Positions 11,437 through 23,318 of a DNA stretch of 64,000 nucleotides are shown here, piece by piece (within the stretch, counting starts at the first letter, position 1; each line of letters opens with the position of its first letter). The notes under the pieces are model-generated. The model made no database searches and was not told where the DNA came from. It saw nothing but the letters and a program-made list of their open reading frames with translations. This DNA comes from Veleropilina oligotropha. Lineage: Eukaryota. The DNA lies in assembly GCA_048128005.1 (NCBI GenBank), contig JBEUKZ010000104.1:186001-250000 (forward strand), written 5' to 3'. The translations under genes were made by a program, and so were the position numbers.

Positions 11437-12657
11437 TCCTCTCGTTCTTCCTCCTCTCCCCTTTCCCCCACTTCCATCTACTTCCTCACCCCACTCCTCT
11501 CGTTCTTCCTCCTCTCCCCTTTCCCCCACTTCTATCTACTTCCTCACCCCACTCCTCTCGTTCTTCCTCCTCTCCCCTTTCCCCCACTTCTATCTACTTC
11601 CTCACCCCACTCCTCTCGTTCTTCCTCCTCTCCCCTTTCCCCCACTTCTATCTACTTCCTCACCCCACTCCTCTCGTTCTTCCTCCTCTCCCCTTTCTCC
11701 CACTTCTATCTACTTCCTCACCCCACTCCTCTCGTTCTTCCTCCTCTCCCCTTTCCCCCACTTCTATCTACTTCCTCACCCCACTCCTCTCGTCCTTCCT
11801 CCACTCCCCTTTCCCCCACTTCTATCTACTTCCTCACCCCACTCCTCTCGTTCTTCCTCCTCTCCCCTTTCCCCCACTTCTATCTACTTCCTCACCCCAC
11901 TCCTCTCGTTCTTCCTCCTCTCCCCTTTCCCCCACTTCTATCTACTTCCTCACCCCACTCCTCTCGTTCGTCCTCCACTCCCCTTCCCCCCACTTCTATC
12001 TACTTCCTCACCCCACTCCTCTCGTTCTTCCTCCTCTCCCCTTTCCCCCACTTCTATCTACTTCCTCACCCCACTCCTCTCGTTCTTCCTCCTCTCCCCT
12101 TTCCCCCACTTCCATCTACTTCCTCACCCCACTCCTCTCGTTCTTCCTCCACTCCCCTTTCCCCCACTTCTATCTACTTCCTCACCCCCACTCCTCTCGT
12201 TCTTCCTCCTCTCCTCTTTCCCCCACTTCTATCTACTTCCTCACCCCACTCCTCTCGTTCTTCCTCCTCTCCCCTTTCCCCCACTTCTATCTACTTCCTC
12301 ACCCCACTCCTCTCGTTCTTCCTCCTCTCCCCTTTCCCCCACTTCTATCTACTTCCTCACCCCACTCCTCTCGTTCTTCCTCCACTCCCCTTTCCCCCAC
12401 TTCTATCTACTTCCTCACCCCCACTCCTCTCGTTCTTCCTCCTCTCCCCTTTCCCCCACTTCTATCTACTTCCTCACCCCACTCCTCTCGTTCTTCCTCC
12501 TCTCCCCTTTCCCCCACTTCTATCTACTTCCTCACCCCACTCCTCTCGTTCTTCCTCCTCTCCCCTTTCCCCCACTTCTATCTACTTCCTCACCCCACTC
12601 CTCTCGTTCTTCCTCCACTCCCCTTTCCCCCACTTCTATCTACTTCCTCACCCCACT
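11437..12657. repeat. 58-bp polypyrimidine minisatellite, ~21 copies
   Basis: Unit tcctctcgttcttcctcctctcccctttcccccacttctatctacttcctcaccccac, period 58 (e.g. 11611 to 11669). A single unit lies at 20428-20485. Confidence 0.97.
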
Positions 12658-13103
12658 TCTCTCTCTCTCATCCTCCCACATTTTTGTACGTGATTCCGCA
12701 TATATATGTTTCTCTACAGAAAGCCACCAAAGTCATCTGTATGCATTTTTCTCGCAAATCTGATCCATCTCATGGTCTACATCTTGTATTTACTGATCGA
12801 GGCGCGAATCGGACCTTCACGTTTTAATTCTAGTATGATGCCGATTATTATATCATATACATGCACTGTGTATACATGCATACACGTGTTTAAGAAAACA
12901 AACACACGCATCGTAATAAATGATAATAAGCCATCCATATATGTTCGTTACTCATTGCTTCGCCGATTACACAAGCGAAATTCAGTATGTCTGAAATTGT
13001 ATTATTGACTCGAGTGGTTCTAATGGTATGTAGCGAGTGCAATCATGCATGGCTTATATGCGTCCTCTTTATATACAACCAATACCTGTGTGTTTTATTA
13101 TGT

Positions 13104-14858
13104 TTACGAGTACAAGCAGTTGTAGTTTTTAGTCGCCGCAGCTGGCATCGTCTTGTTCTCCAGATACCGTACTCGCTCTGCGAGGCAGTGGTTTTCGTAT
13201 TCGAGTTCTAATGCGCGCTTGTAGAACCGCCTCTCTTTCTCCTTCTTGGCCTCGCGTGACCTTCTGGCGGACTCGTTGTTCTTGCGCCTCTTTTCCCAGT
13301 ACACCACGTGCTTCTGTTCCTGTGCCACCTGGGACTTCTTTCGCTTGTAGATGATCCTCCTTGGTTTGTAGCCGGCGACGGTAACTCCATTACTGACCAT
13401 TTGATTCACAACAACGTCCAGCGAACCGTCTGATGAAGGGCAGGTGTCGTTGCCCGCAGTGTCGTGCGAATTGTCACTCGCAGAGTGACCTACTTCGCTA
13501 TTCCCGCCAGGATATTCTCCATGGTTTGAGAACTCGTGCCGCACAGATCCAAATTCTGGTAGACCATCTTCGATATGGTTTGTCGTATCGATGCATGGTA
13601 CCCGGATGCTTATATACGGTTCCGTATGCGGTATTCGCAGCTCTGTAACATCGTCGTGCGAATGGTTTCCGTCAAAGTAGGATTGCTCCGCATCTCCATC
13701 ACGTGTGATGTAATTGGTGTAGCAGTCGTCTACGTTTGAGCTATAGTTGAGATACGGTTCGACTGCATCGGCGGGATCTGGCGCCGCCATGAGACGAACA
13801 AGGCTCACACTTACGGCGGATGACACGGTAACGTCTGTAAATTGGACAAGAAGCGTAGTTAACTAGAATCAAGTGTGCATTTATGTATACAATTAATACT
13901 TAGTTGGGTTTAGGATGATAAAGGAAACGACGTAATGTTTATTAAAATATCCAGTTCGGAAACTTCACTGAATGAACCATGACAAGGGTGTTTTATTTTT
14001 AGGTGTGCATCTCCAGAAGTTACTATTACCGCCCAGATGACCGTTCTTGATCAAAATACGGCTGTCCGTTCTAGGCTAATCAAATGGCGCTGTGTTCACC
14101 TTATGCAACCGTGTTGTGTTTTATATTTAAGACATTTGATGAGAACAGGCAGCATAACTATGTATTATACCATCATCAATGCATGATAACGTTGGATCGT
14201 TGGATGAAATTAAATCTTATAATTTGCGATTTCCTGTTTTACTGAATCTGAAATGAGTAATAATTGCTGCTAGTCTAAAATATGTTACCCAATGTAACAA
14301 AGATGGTAATTTGATAAAAAAATACTTTGCTGCGCCATTTCTTAATAGTGTTAGCGAAATGGATACTGGTATATGTAAGTCACCAACACCAAAGAAATCA
14401 AGTTCACTATCAACGATAACGATACATTATCATCGTAACATAAAATGGAATACAATGTAAAAGTGAAAAAGGAAAGGATAGGATCGATGCTTAATATCCT
14501 GTATATTTCCAACCATCGTTTGGTTCAAAGCTGGACATGTCCGTATTATCGCGAGAGGAAACCCCGGTCGCCCGGGCAAACCCGCCCTCGCCGACCAGTT
14601 ACGAACAACTGTCATTCATAATTTGAACAAATGTGTGCTGCCCGTGCCGAGGTTAGAACCCAATACTGTTCGCGTCAGTGGAATCAAGTCAGTGATTTTC
14701 GGAGTCCACAACCGATACCACTGTACTGTCGAATCGGCCATGTACAAGTGAACACACTCGATTGAGTTAATATCGGTAAAAGACTTCATACCGCCATAAT
14801 TCAAGATGCTCCCGTCGTTAAATACACAGTCACTCATATCAGCAACAAATCGATTCAT
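13104..14858 (-). CDS. PAR/NFIL3(vrille)-class bZIP transcription factor, copy A; coding exons 14858-14792 and 13834-13104, ~265 aa
   Basis: Basic region and zipper KHVVYWEKRRKNNESARRSREAKKEKERRFYKRALELEYENHCLAERVRYLE resemble NFIL3 (YWEKRRKNNEAAKRSRE) and PAR (RAAFLEKEN). Phase-1 donor GGCG|gtatga joins acceptor tttacag|AC in frame. In-frame TAA upstream of the ATG; another acceptor (ttccag) at ~14884. Confidence 0.85.
14478..14740 (-). mobile_element. tRNA-SINE in the bZIP intron (also at ~22330-22592 in copy B)
   Basis: Reverse complement of the 10063/53881 SINE family (ggaaaccccggtcgcccgggcaaacccgccc). Confidence 0.75.
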
Positions 14859-15094
14859 AACCGGTCCAGATGTGTAGGTTTACCTGGAAAGCAAACAAAA
14901 ATCAATATGTGAAAACGCAAATAAGGATATTTATTAATCTGAATCCATATTAATGTTTTGAATCCATTAAGCTTAGGTTATTCTCTGTTTTTTTCATACC
15001 GGAAGAGTGAATCTCATAATTTTGACTACACATGACTTTAATAAACATTGGCGTGGCTCCACTTAAATCACATAATCAACTCCACAGTGACAGT

Positions 15095-15376
15095 AAATCT
15101 GAGGCGGGAGTCATTTTTGGACCAATTCAGCTCGTTTTTCACCAAACAACAGCCATCAACACCGCTACATATAACACGGAAAGTGAAAGACCTCATCTCT
15201 AATATCATCATACCGGAGATTGGAGTTAAGAAACCCGTATCTGACCTAAAAGATTCGAAAATCTGGACCCTGACGGCATTCCTAACACAATACCGTGTGA
15301 CTGCGCCCCACAGCTGGCACCATCCTATAGTCTCATCTTCCAGAAATCCCTATAGACACAGGATGCCTGCCACCAG
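15095..15376 (+). pseudogene. CR1/L2-clade LINE ORF2 fragment, copy A, truncated at the duplication breakpoint
   Basis: Frameshifted DQFSSFFTK, EIGVKK and GPDGIP-like motifs; same sequence as 22950-23228. Confidence 0.7.
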
Positions 15377-15547
15377 CCACCGTTAGTAAGAACTACATTT
15401 TTACTCATATGCGCCCTCTCACCCGTTGAAACAATGCCAGTATTGGATTCTTCAACTTTCTAATACTGATACAGATACAGAATACACAATCGCACAGCGC
15501 CATTATAACGTCACACTATCCGCCAGGTTGCGATGTGGGCACCCCTA

Positions 15548-15799
15548 CAGGCGCGGATCCAGGGGGGGGTCGAAGGGGTCCGGACCCCCCCCCCCCCTGC
15601 TCAGGTGACCCACGATTTTTCTAACATTGTATATGATCGTTATTTTGCGCTTGAGGGGTCAAAACATATAATTTTAGACCCAGAGTGCAGGAGAAACCGT
15701 TTAGCAACCCTAAATTACGAAAAAGTTTCGGCCGTGTGGGGATAGTATCCTAGCGACAGACTGGACACCCCTCTGCTTAAATTCCTGGATCCGCCCCTG
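15548..15799. mobile_element. CAGGCGCGGATCCAGG-type MITE with 5-bp TSD
   Basis: TIR caggcgcggatccagg / cctggatccgcccctg; cccta at 15543-15547 and 15800-15804. Confidence 0.8.
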
Positions 15800-18700
15800 C
15801 CCTATTAGCGCATTTAGGAATTGAAATCCAGAGCCTTGTCATATCAGTTCCTCGACGACATGTGACAAAATTTAAACTTTGAATTATATATCTCTGTGTT
15901 ATGTGGAAAAATCAATGTATGGGGTGTTTCTTTATAAATGTGTGACATATCATCGACAGGTTTTACCTATACACACCATGGGCAAAATTATGTGACCAAT
16001 AGGCCACCTAGTGTTAATTTACCCATTATTCCGAGACAATGGTTAACTCGGCTAGATGGCCAGACTAAATTGAGAGACAAAGGATAGGCAACTTGCCAAA
16101 GGAAGAGTCGATTTTCTCATATCAAGCTCTAGAGGCGATATGGTGGGCAATTGAATGTTTTAAGGGGTCACAGCTTGCAATTTACAATAGATTTCCATGG
16201 TGTGTATAACAGATAATACAGTTGCCACCCATCGGAGCTATAAGCCAAACAGCTTCGCTGTGGCCTGTGGCTTGGTCTGTTAATGGCTTATAACGCTCAT
16301 GCTGACAGTGTATTCTCTATTACATATCAATTTAAAATGTCATCAGTGATAAACTGGATATATTTCTTTCCTTACCGACAAAACAGGCCTCCCGCAACAC
16401 TGTCTGGTGCACATCAGATTGTACTGCTGTTGTATCGCTATAAATTACCATGTAAATTAGCTTTGCTGATATAAAACATGTAGGCTATATAGTATCGCTG
16501 TTGTACAATCTTTGTATCGCTATTGTAGATTTGTAATATCACGCTATCAATAGCACAATGTAACACATAAAATATTTGGAAGACAACGGGTTAATATGAA
16601 AGTGCTGTGAAGCCCGTGCTTCAACATTCATATGTATAATATATATACATGTATACAGGCCTATATCTAGCTTGCTCTTGAATTTACTAGGAACAATTTT
16701 TTTTAAATACTGTAATTATATTTCATGAATAATACAATTGAAGGTGTAGGCACTTGTTAAATGTCTAGAAATGTCTAGAAATAATTTTTCATTTACCTAA
16801 ACAATTTTTTATTTACGTAAATAATTCATTATTTACGTATATAATTCATTATTTAGGGTGCTCTCCCTTTTATTTATCGTAAGCGGCCCGAATATATTAC
16901 AGAATACCCGTTATTTCTGGCATTTAATTTCCGTTCTTCATCACGGTTTGTTCAAACACTCGATCTTGTGTCATGGCATCAATATATCAATGAAATATTA
17001 TGGTTCTGACCAGTTATTCGATGCATGTCATTGATGCAGGGTATTGGTGGTAATGTATTACTGATAGAATGGAGGCGCCTGACCTTGTTGTGATGATATT
17101 GTCATGCATAGATTAGCACTGTCTATATTTTCGGTTACTCTTGCCGAGACAAGGTGGAACTGAAATGCGATACCAACCGCATGCGTTGCGGCTATTAGTA
17201 TAGATCGAGTGCTTTTGAACCGACTATATTCAAAACGTTAACATTAAATTAATAATCGAAATCATTACATTTTTATCTGATAAATCACAACATTTCGGTT
17301 TTCATGCTCGCCCAACATAACATAAAACTCGACAGATCTGTTGATTGTGCCCATGCAGTATTATTAACATCGCATGACCTAGTTTAATCGGGATTTCTGT
17401 CACCCTGTTCTTCACACCGCGATATGGCGGACCAGCGTGGGCCAGGAAGGTCACTATATTACTTGCGGAACTAGTTCAACTGTTGTCACATCAATCATTT
17501 CTAAAGCACCATTTCTGTAATGTTTATCTACCCTGATTTCAGCTTACATGGAAGTAACTAAAATGTAGTTACGTAAAACAAAAGCGAAAACATAAAGCGA
17601 ATTTATTAAAAATAATAAAGTAAAAATGTCTTCTAAGTGCCATCACTATGCCGGATTTAGAGGGATCCATGGGGTCAGGATCACCGTGGGACCAAAACGA
17701 AATATTTTATAGACATATTTCATAGTGCATGTTAATTTACAACTTTTATACATCAATAGTGATGCAAATGTTCACAAATGTTGATAACCACACCCCACCC
17801 GTATCTGCACTCAAAGATAATAATGCTGCAAATTTGAAAAGAGCATTCTCTCATTTCATGTACGACCGTCAAGTGATCACTTTAAAACTTAATTGGCGAT
17901 CATAATTAGGATAAACGAAACTTCATGATGTGAATTGGTAGGTTTTACGCACTTTTACATGCACTTATAATGGATATATTTGCGGCCACACGACGCATTT
18001 TCCGGTAGAGCTGTATGTACGCAAACATTGCACCAATACGGAAGACGAATGTGCAGAGGTCCGAAATGTTAGGTTTTCTATAAGATATTCGGGACGCTTA
18101 TGATAAACAAAGGGGGAGAGCACCGTAAATAATGAAATTGTTGTTAGCTAAATAATGAATTGTTTAGCTAAACAATTTTCATTATTTACGATCGAAAATC
18201 CATTATTTAGAAACAATAAATTATTTACTTAAATAAAGACTTATTTACGTAAATAAAGACTTATTTACGTAAATAAAGACTTATTTACGTAAATAAAGAC
18301 TTATTTACGTAAATAAAGACTTATTTACGTAAATAAAGACTTATTTACGTAAATAAAGACTTATTTACGTAAATAAAGACTTATTTACGTAAATAAAGAC
18401 TTATTTACGTAAATAAAGACTTATTTACGTAAATAATGATTTATTTACGTAAATAAAGACTTATTTACGTAAATAAAGACTTATTTACGTAAATAATGAT
18501 TTATTTACCTATATAATGATTTATATACCCAAATAATGATTTATTTACACAAATAATGATTTATTTACACAAATAATGATTTATTTACCTAAATAATGAC
18601 TTATTCATACGTAAATAAGAAATTATTTAGGCAAACAATTTCATTTATTTAGGCAATAATTTTCATTATATATATATAATCCGACTTGTGAAAATTATTT

Positions 18701-19475
18701 ATAAACAAAGTTACTTGTAGTGCATCACTACCATTATATATAAATAATGGCAAAGTCTGGCATTTGACTAAACTTATTTTTAAATAATTGTCTTCTTTGC
18801 CTAAAGCAACAATTATATACATATAATACGAACTGTGCTTAGCGATGGGCCTCATGTGTAAAATATTACCGAAAATCAATTATTTATAAATATATTATAA
18901 GTCATTATTTACGCAAATAAGTCAATATTTACGTAAATAAATCATTATTTACGTAAATAAGTCATTATTTACGCAAATAAGTCATTATTTACGCAAATAA
19001 GTCATTATTTACGCAAATAAATCATTATTTACGCAAATAAGTCATTATTTATAAATAATACTATGGTATGTCTATATAATGCAATTATATATAAATAATA
19101 GTGCTAAATAATAAATTTACAGATAGCCCCTCAATTCTCCAACCCATGATTACACGGTAAACTTGTGGAAATCATGCCGCCACACCGTCTCACTGTAGTA
19201 TGACATAACGAGCTAATTGCCCACGTATTATACTTATTCCCATAAATAGCTGTATTATACCGATGGAGTATTATACCGGGGGTATAGTACCGTAGAGTGA
19301 AAAAACTCTAATGGATATGCACGAATTAAACAGCGCAATCGCGAAATTTGAAAGATCTCAATTCAATAGTTAATAGTATCGCCCATTTGGTTTATGCCTG
19401 TAACGACTACGATTGGGGATTACGCCATTTACAATATATCGATTTAATCCGATTAATATAAGTGGGGTAATTAAC

Positions 19476-19961
19476 TTTATTATATGCCAGTCGTTTTCTG
19501 ACGCCTATTCTCTATGCCAGTCGTTTTCTGACGCCTATTCTCGCGCAGTTTTCCGAGACCCTGTATCACGGACACAGCTGATATCGATTCAGAAAACGTC
19601 TCCTGCTTATATATTCACAGGAAAACGTCTCCTGGTTATATATTCAAAATTGCTGACAAATCGTAGGAACTACTTCTAATACAGTATAGTCCTATACTAT
19701 TTCAACCTCCCTTACAGATTCGAGACTAAAATTACCATAATCTTTCGTTTCAATTTAATAAGAAACTTGTTGTGGCATATAATAAAAATGTGATCAGTTA
19801 TTGTGTGGATTCTAGCACATCGGAAACCTCTCGTGACGTCGTAGTTTTTCAGGCGGATAAATCGCTCGAACTTCGGTCTCGCGATTAATCCGCCGCAAAA
19901 ACTACGACGTCACTCGAGGTTTCCGATGTGCCAGAATCCACACGATACTGATAACATCATT
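19476..19961. mobile_element. Hairpin-family element with intact ~170-bp hairpin
   Basis: Same termini as 5374-6635 in reverse orientation; hairpin at ~19788-19958. Confidence 0.7.
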
Positions 19962-20955
19962 AGTCCAACTATAATACGTAGGCAACACCCCCAGAAGTAA
20001 CTCAGGCCAACACCCGGTTGTCAGTCCGGATGTCCGTTTTATTAGACAAGTATAATTATGTCGATGGCAGTTGGATCACTGCATATATTTTCAATCGAGA
20101 TATCCACTTACGGAAAAATATAATGTACGTCGCTAACTAGATATATTATGTTGATAACTACATACATATCAGTCTGATATGTGAATATGTGGATGGCAGA
20201 AATATGCAGAAACAATTCAACATAACTATAATACAACAGTGTGAGCTGTATGTTGAGCTAAGACAGTATGTGTAAAATATCCACGGCGGCAAAGTAACTA
20301 TCTGCAACTGAGACTAAACCTATACTTTTAAAATGCGCAGTAATCATAAGTAATTATTATAACGGACAGACAAACAACCAAAAGTTAAAACATAATTTTT
20401 GAAGGTATGCTGGTCTGTCAGTCGCACTCCTCTCGTTCTTCCTCCTCTCCCCTTTCCCCCACTTCTATCTACTTCCTCACCCCACTTCTCTATCTCATCC
20501 TCCCATATTTTTGTACTGATTCCGCATATATATGTTTCTCTACAGAAAGCCACCAAAGTCATTTGTATGCATTTTTCTCGCAAATCTGATCCATCTCCTG
20601 GTCTACATCTTGTATTTACTGATCGAGGCGCGAATCAGACCTTCACGGTTTAATTCTAGTATGATGCCGATTATTATATCATATACATGCACTGTATATA
20701 CATGCATACACGTGTTTAAGAAAACAAACACACGCATTGTAATAAATGATAATAAGCAATCCATTTATGTTCGTTTCGTTCGCCATTTCGTTAGTCTGAT
20801 TTACTCATTGCTTCGCCGATTACACACGCGAAATTCAGTATGTCTGAAATTGTATTATTGACTCGACTGGTTCTAATGGTATGTAGCGAGTGCAATCATG
20901 CATGGCTTATATGCGTCCTCTTTTATATAACCAATACCTGTGTGTTTTATTATGT

Positions 20956-22711
20956 TTACGAGTACAAGCAGTTGTAGTTTTTAGTCGCCGCAGCTGGCAT
21001 CGTCTTGTTCTCCAGATACCGTACTCGTTCTGCGAGGCAGTGGTTCTCGTATTCGAGTTCCAATGCGCGCTTGTAGAACCGCCTCTCTTTCTCCTTCTTG
21101 GCCTCGCGTGACCTTCTGGCGGACTCGTTGTTCTTGCGCCTCTTTTCCCAGTACACCACGTGCTTCTGTTCCTGTGCCACCTGGGACTTCTTTCGCTTGT
21201 AGATGATCCTCCTTGGTTTGTAGCCGGCGACGGTAACTCCATTACTGACCATTTGATTCACAACAACGTCGAGCGAACCGTCTGATGAAGGGCAGGTGTC
21301 GTTGCCCGCAGTGTCGTGCGAATTGTCACTCGCAGAGTGACCTACTTCGCTATTCCCGCCAGGATATTCTCCATGGTTTGAGAACTCGTGCCGCACAGAT
21401 CCAAATTCTGGTAGACCATCTTCGATATGGTTTGTCGTATCGATGCATGGTACCCGGATGCTTATATACGGTTCCGTATTCGGTATTCGCATCTCTGTAA
21501 CATCGCCGTGGGAATGGTTTCTGTCAAAGTAGGATTGCTCCGCATCTCCATCACGTGTGATGTAATTGGTGTAGCAGTCGTCTACGTTTGAGCTATAGTT
21601 GAGATACGGTTCGACTGCATCGGCGGGATCTGGTGCCGCCATGAGACGAACAAGGCTCACACTTACGGCGGATGACACGGTAACGTCTGTAAATTGGACA
21701 AGAAGCGTAGTTAACTAGAATCAAGTGTGCATTTATGTATACAATTAATACTTAGTTGGGTTTAGGATGATAAAAGAAACGACGTAATGTTTATTAAAAT
21801 ATCCAGTTCGGAAACTTCACTGAATGAACGATGACAAGGGTGTTTTATTTTTAGGTGGTCATCTCCAGAAGTTACTATTACCGCCCAGATGACCGTTCTT
21901 GATCAAAATACGGCTGTCCGTTCTAGGCTAATCAAATGGCGCTGTGTTCACCTTATGCAACCGTGTTGTGATTTATATTTAAGACTGATTTGATGAGAAC
22001 AGGCAGCATAACTATGTATTATACCATCATCAATGCATGATAACGTTGGATCGTTGGATGAAATTAAATCTTATAATTTGCGATTTACTGTTTTACTGAA
22101 TCTGAAATGGGTAATTGCTGCTAGTCTAAAATATGTTACCCAATGTAACAAAGATGCTCAATTTGATAAAAAAATACTTTGCTGCGCCATTTCTTAATAG
22201 TGTTAGCGAAATGGATACTGGTATATGTAAGTCACCAACACCAAAGAAATCAAGTTCACCATCAGCGATAACTGCTACATAATCATCGTAACATCAAATG
22301 GAATACAATGTAAAAGTGAAAAAGGAAAGGATAGGATCGATGCTTAATATCCTGTATATTTCCAACCATCATTTGGTTCAAAGCAGGACATGTCCGTATT
22401 ATCGCGAGAGGAAAGCCCGGTCGCCCGGGCAAACCCGCCCTCGCCGACCAGTTACGAACAACTGTCATTCATAATTTGAACAAATGTGTGCTGCCCGTGC
22501 CGAGGTTAGAACCCACTACTGTTCGCGTCAGTGGAATCAAGTCAGTGATTTTCGGAGTCCACAACCGATACCACTGTACTGTCGAAGCGGCTATGTACAA
22601 GTGAACACACTCGATTGAGTTAAAATCGGTAAAAGACTCCATACCGCCATAATTCAAGATGCTCCCGTCGTTAAATACACAGTCACTCATATCAGCAACA
22701 AATCGATTCAT
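20956..22711 (-). CDS. PAR/NFIL3-class bZIP transcription factor, copy B; coding exons 22711-22645 and 21686-20956, ~265 aa
   Basis: Same splice sites (GGCG|gtatgg; tttacag|AC) and identical bZIP domain as copy A; 4 amino-acid differences in exon 2. Confidence 0.85.
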
Positions 22712-22949
22712 AACCGGTCCAGATGTGTAGGTTTACCTGGAAAGCATACAAAAATCAATATGTGAAAACGCAAATAAAGATATTTATTAATCTGAATCCA
22801 TATTAATGTTTTGAATCAATTAAGCTTATAAGGTTATTCTCTGTTTTTTCATACCGGAAGAGTGAATCTCATAATTTTGACTACACATGACTTTAATAAA
22901 CATTGGCGTCGCTCCACTAAATCACATAATCAACTCCACAGTGACAGCA

Positions 22950-23318
22950 AATCTGAGGCGGGAGGAATTTGTGGACCAATTCAGCTCGCTTTTCACCAAA
23001 CAACAGCCATCAACACCACTACATATAACACGGAAAGTGAAAGACCTCATCTCTAATATCATCATACCGGAAATTGGAGTTAAGAAACCCGTATCTGACC
23101 TAAAAGTTTCGAAAGTCCGGACCCTGACGGAATTCCTAACACAATACCGTGTGACTGCGCTCCTCAGCTGGCATCATCCTTTAGTCTCATCTTCCAGAGA
23201 TCCCTAGACACAGGATGCCTGCCACCAGACTGGCTGAATGCAAACGTCGCTCCAATCTACAAAAAGGGAGACCGACATCTACCCGAGAATTATAGACCAA
23301 TGTCGCTGACTTCTGTGA
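22950..23318 (+). pseudogene. CR1/L2-clade LINE reverse-transcriptase N-terminal fragment
   Basis: Reads ...IFQRSLDTGCLPPDWLNANVAPIYKKGDRHLPENYRPMSLTSV, the W..A.V.PI.KKG...NYRPISLTS motif of LINE RTs. Upstream part frameshifted. Confidence 0.85.

Larger units (their letters stand above)
1640..15376. repeat. Segmental duplication copy A (insertion-rich) of the bZIP-containing unit
   Basis: Collinear blocks: 1640-2916 with 16806-17960; 6995-8445 with 17961-19248; 10348-11494 with ~19372-20485; 12657-15376 with ~20485-23228. Confidence 0.9.
16806..23228. repeat. Segmental duplication copy B (compact) of the bZIP-containing unit
   Basis: Collinear with 1640-15376 but lacks the MULE, the twin MITEs, the 10063 SINE and the minisatellite expansion. 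Confidence 0.9.

Noticed and set aside
11408..12763. 451-aa and 425-aa Pro/Ser/Leu-rich ORFs
   Set aside because: Stop-free only because the 58-bp pyrimidine unit lacks stop codons; they collapse to 60-84 aa in copy B.
14616..14791. C-terminal part of the 80-aa ORF as protein (also 22469-22644)
   Set aside because: Lies past the donor at 14791 and runs into an intronic SINE.
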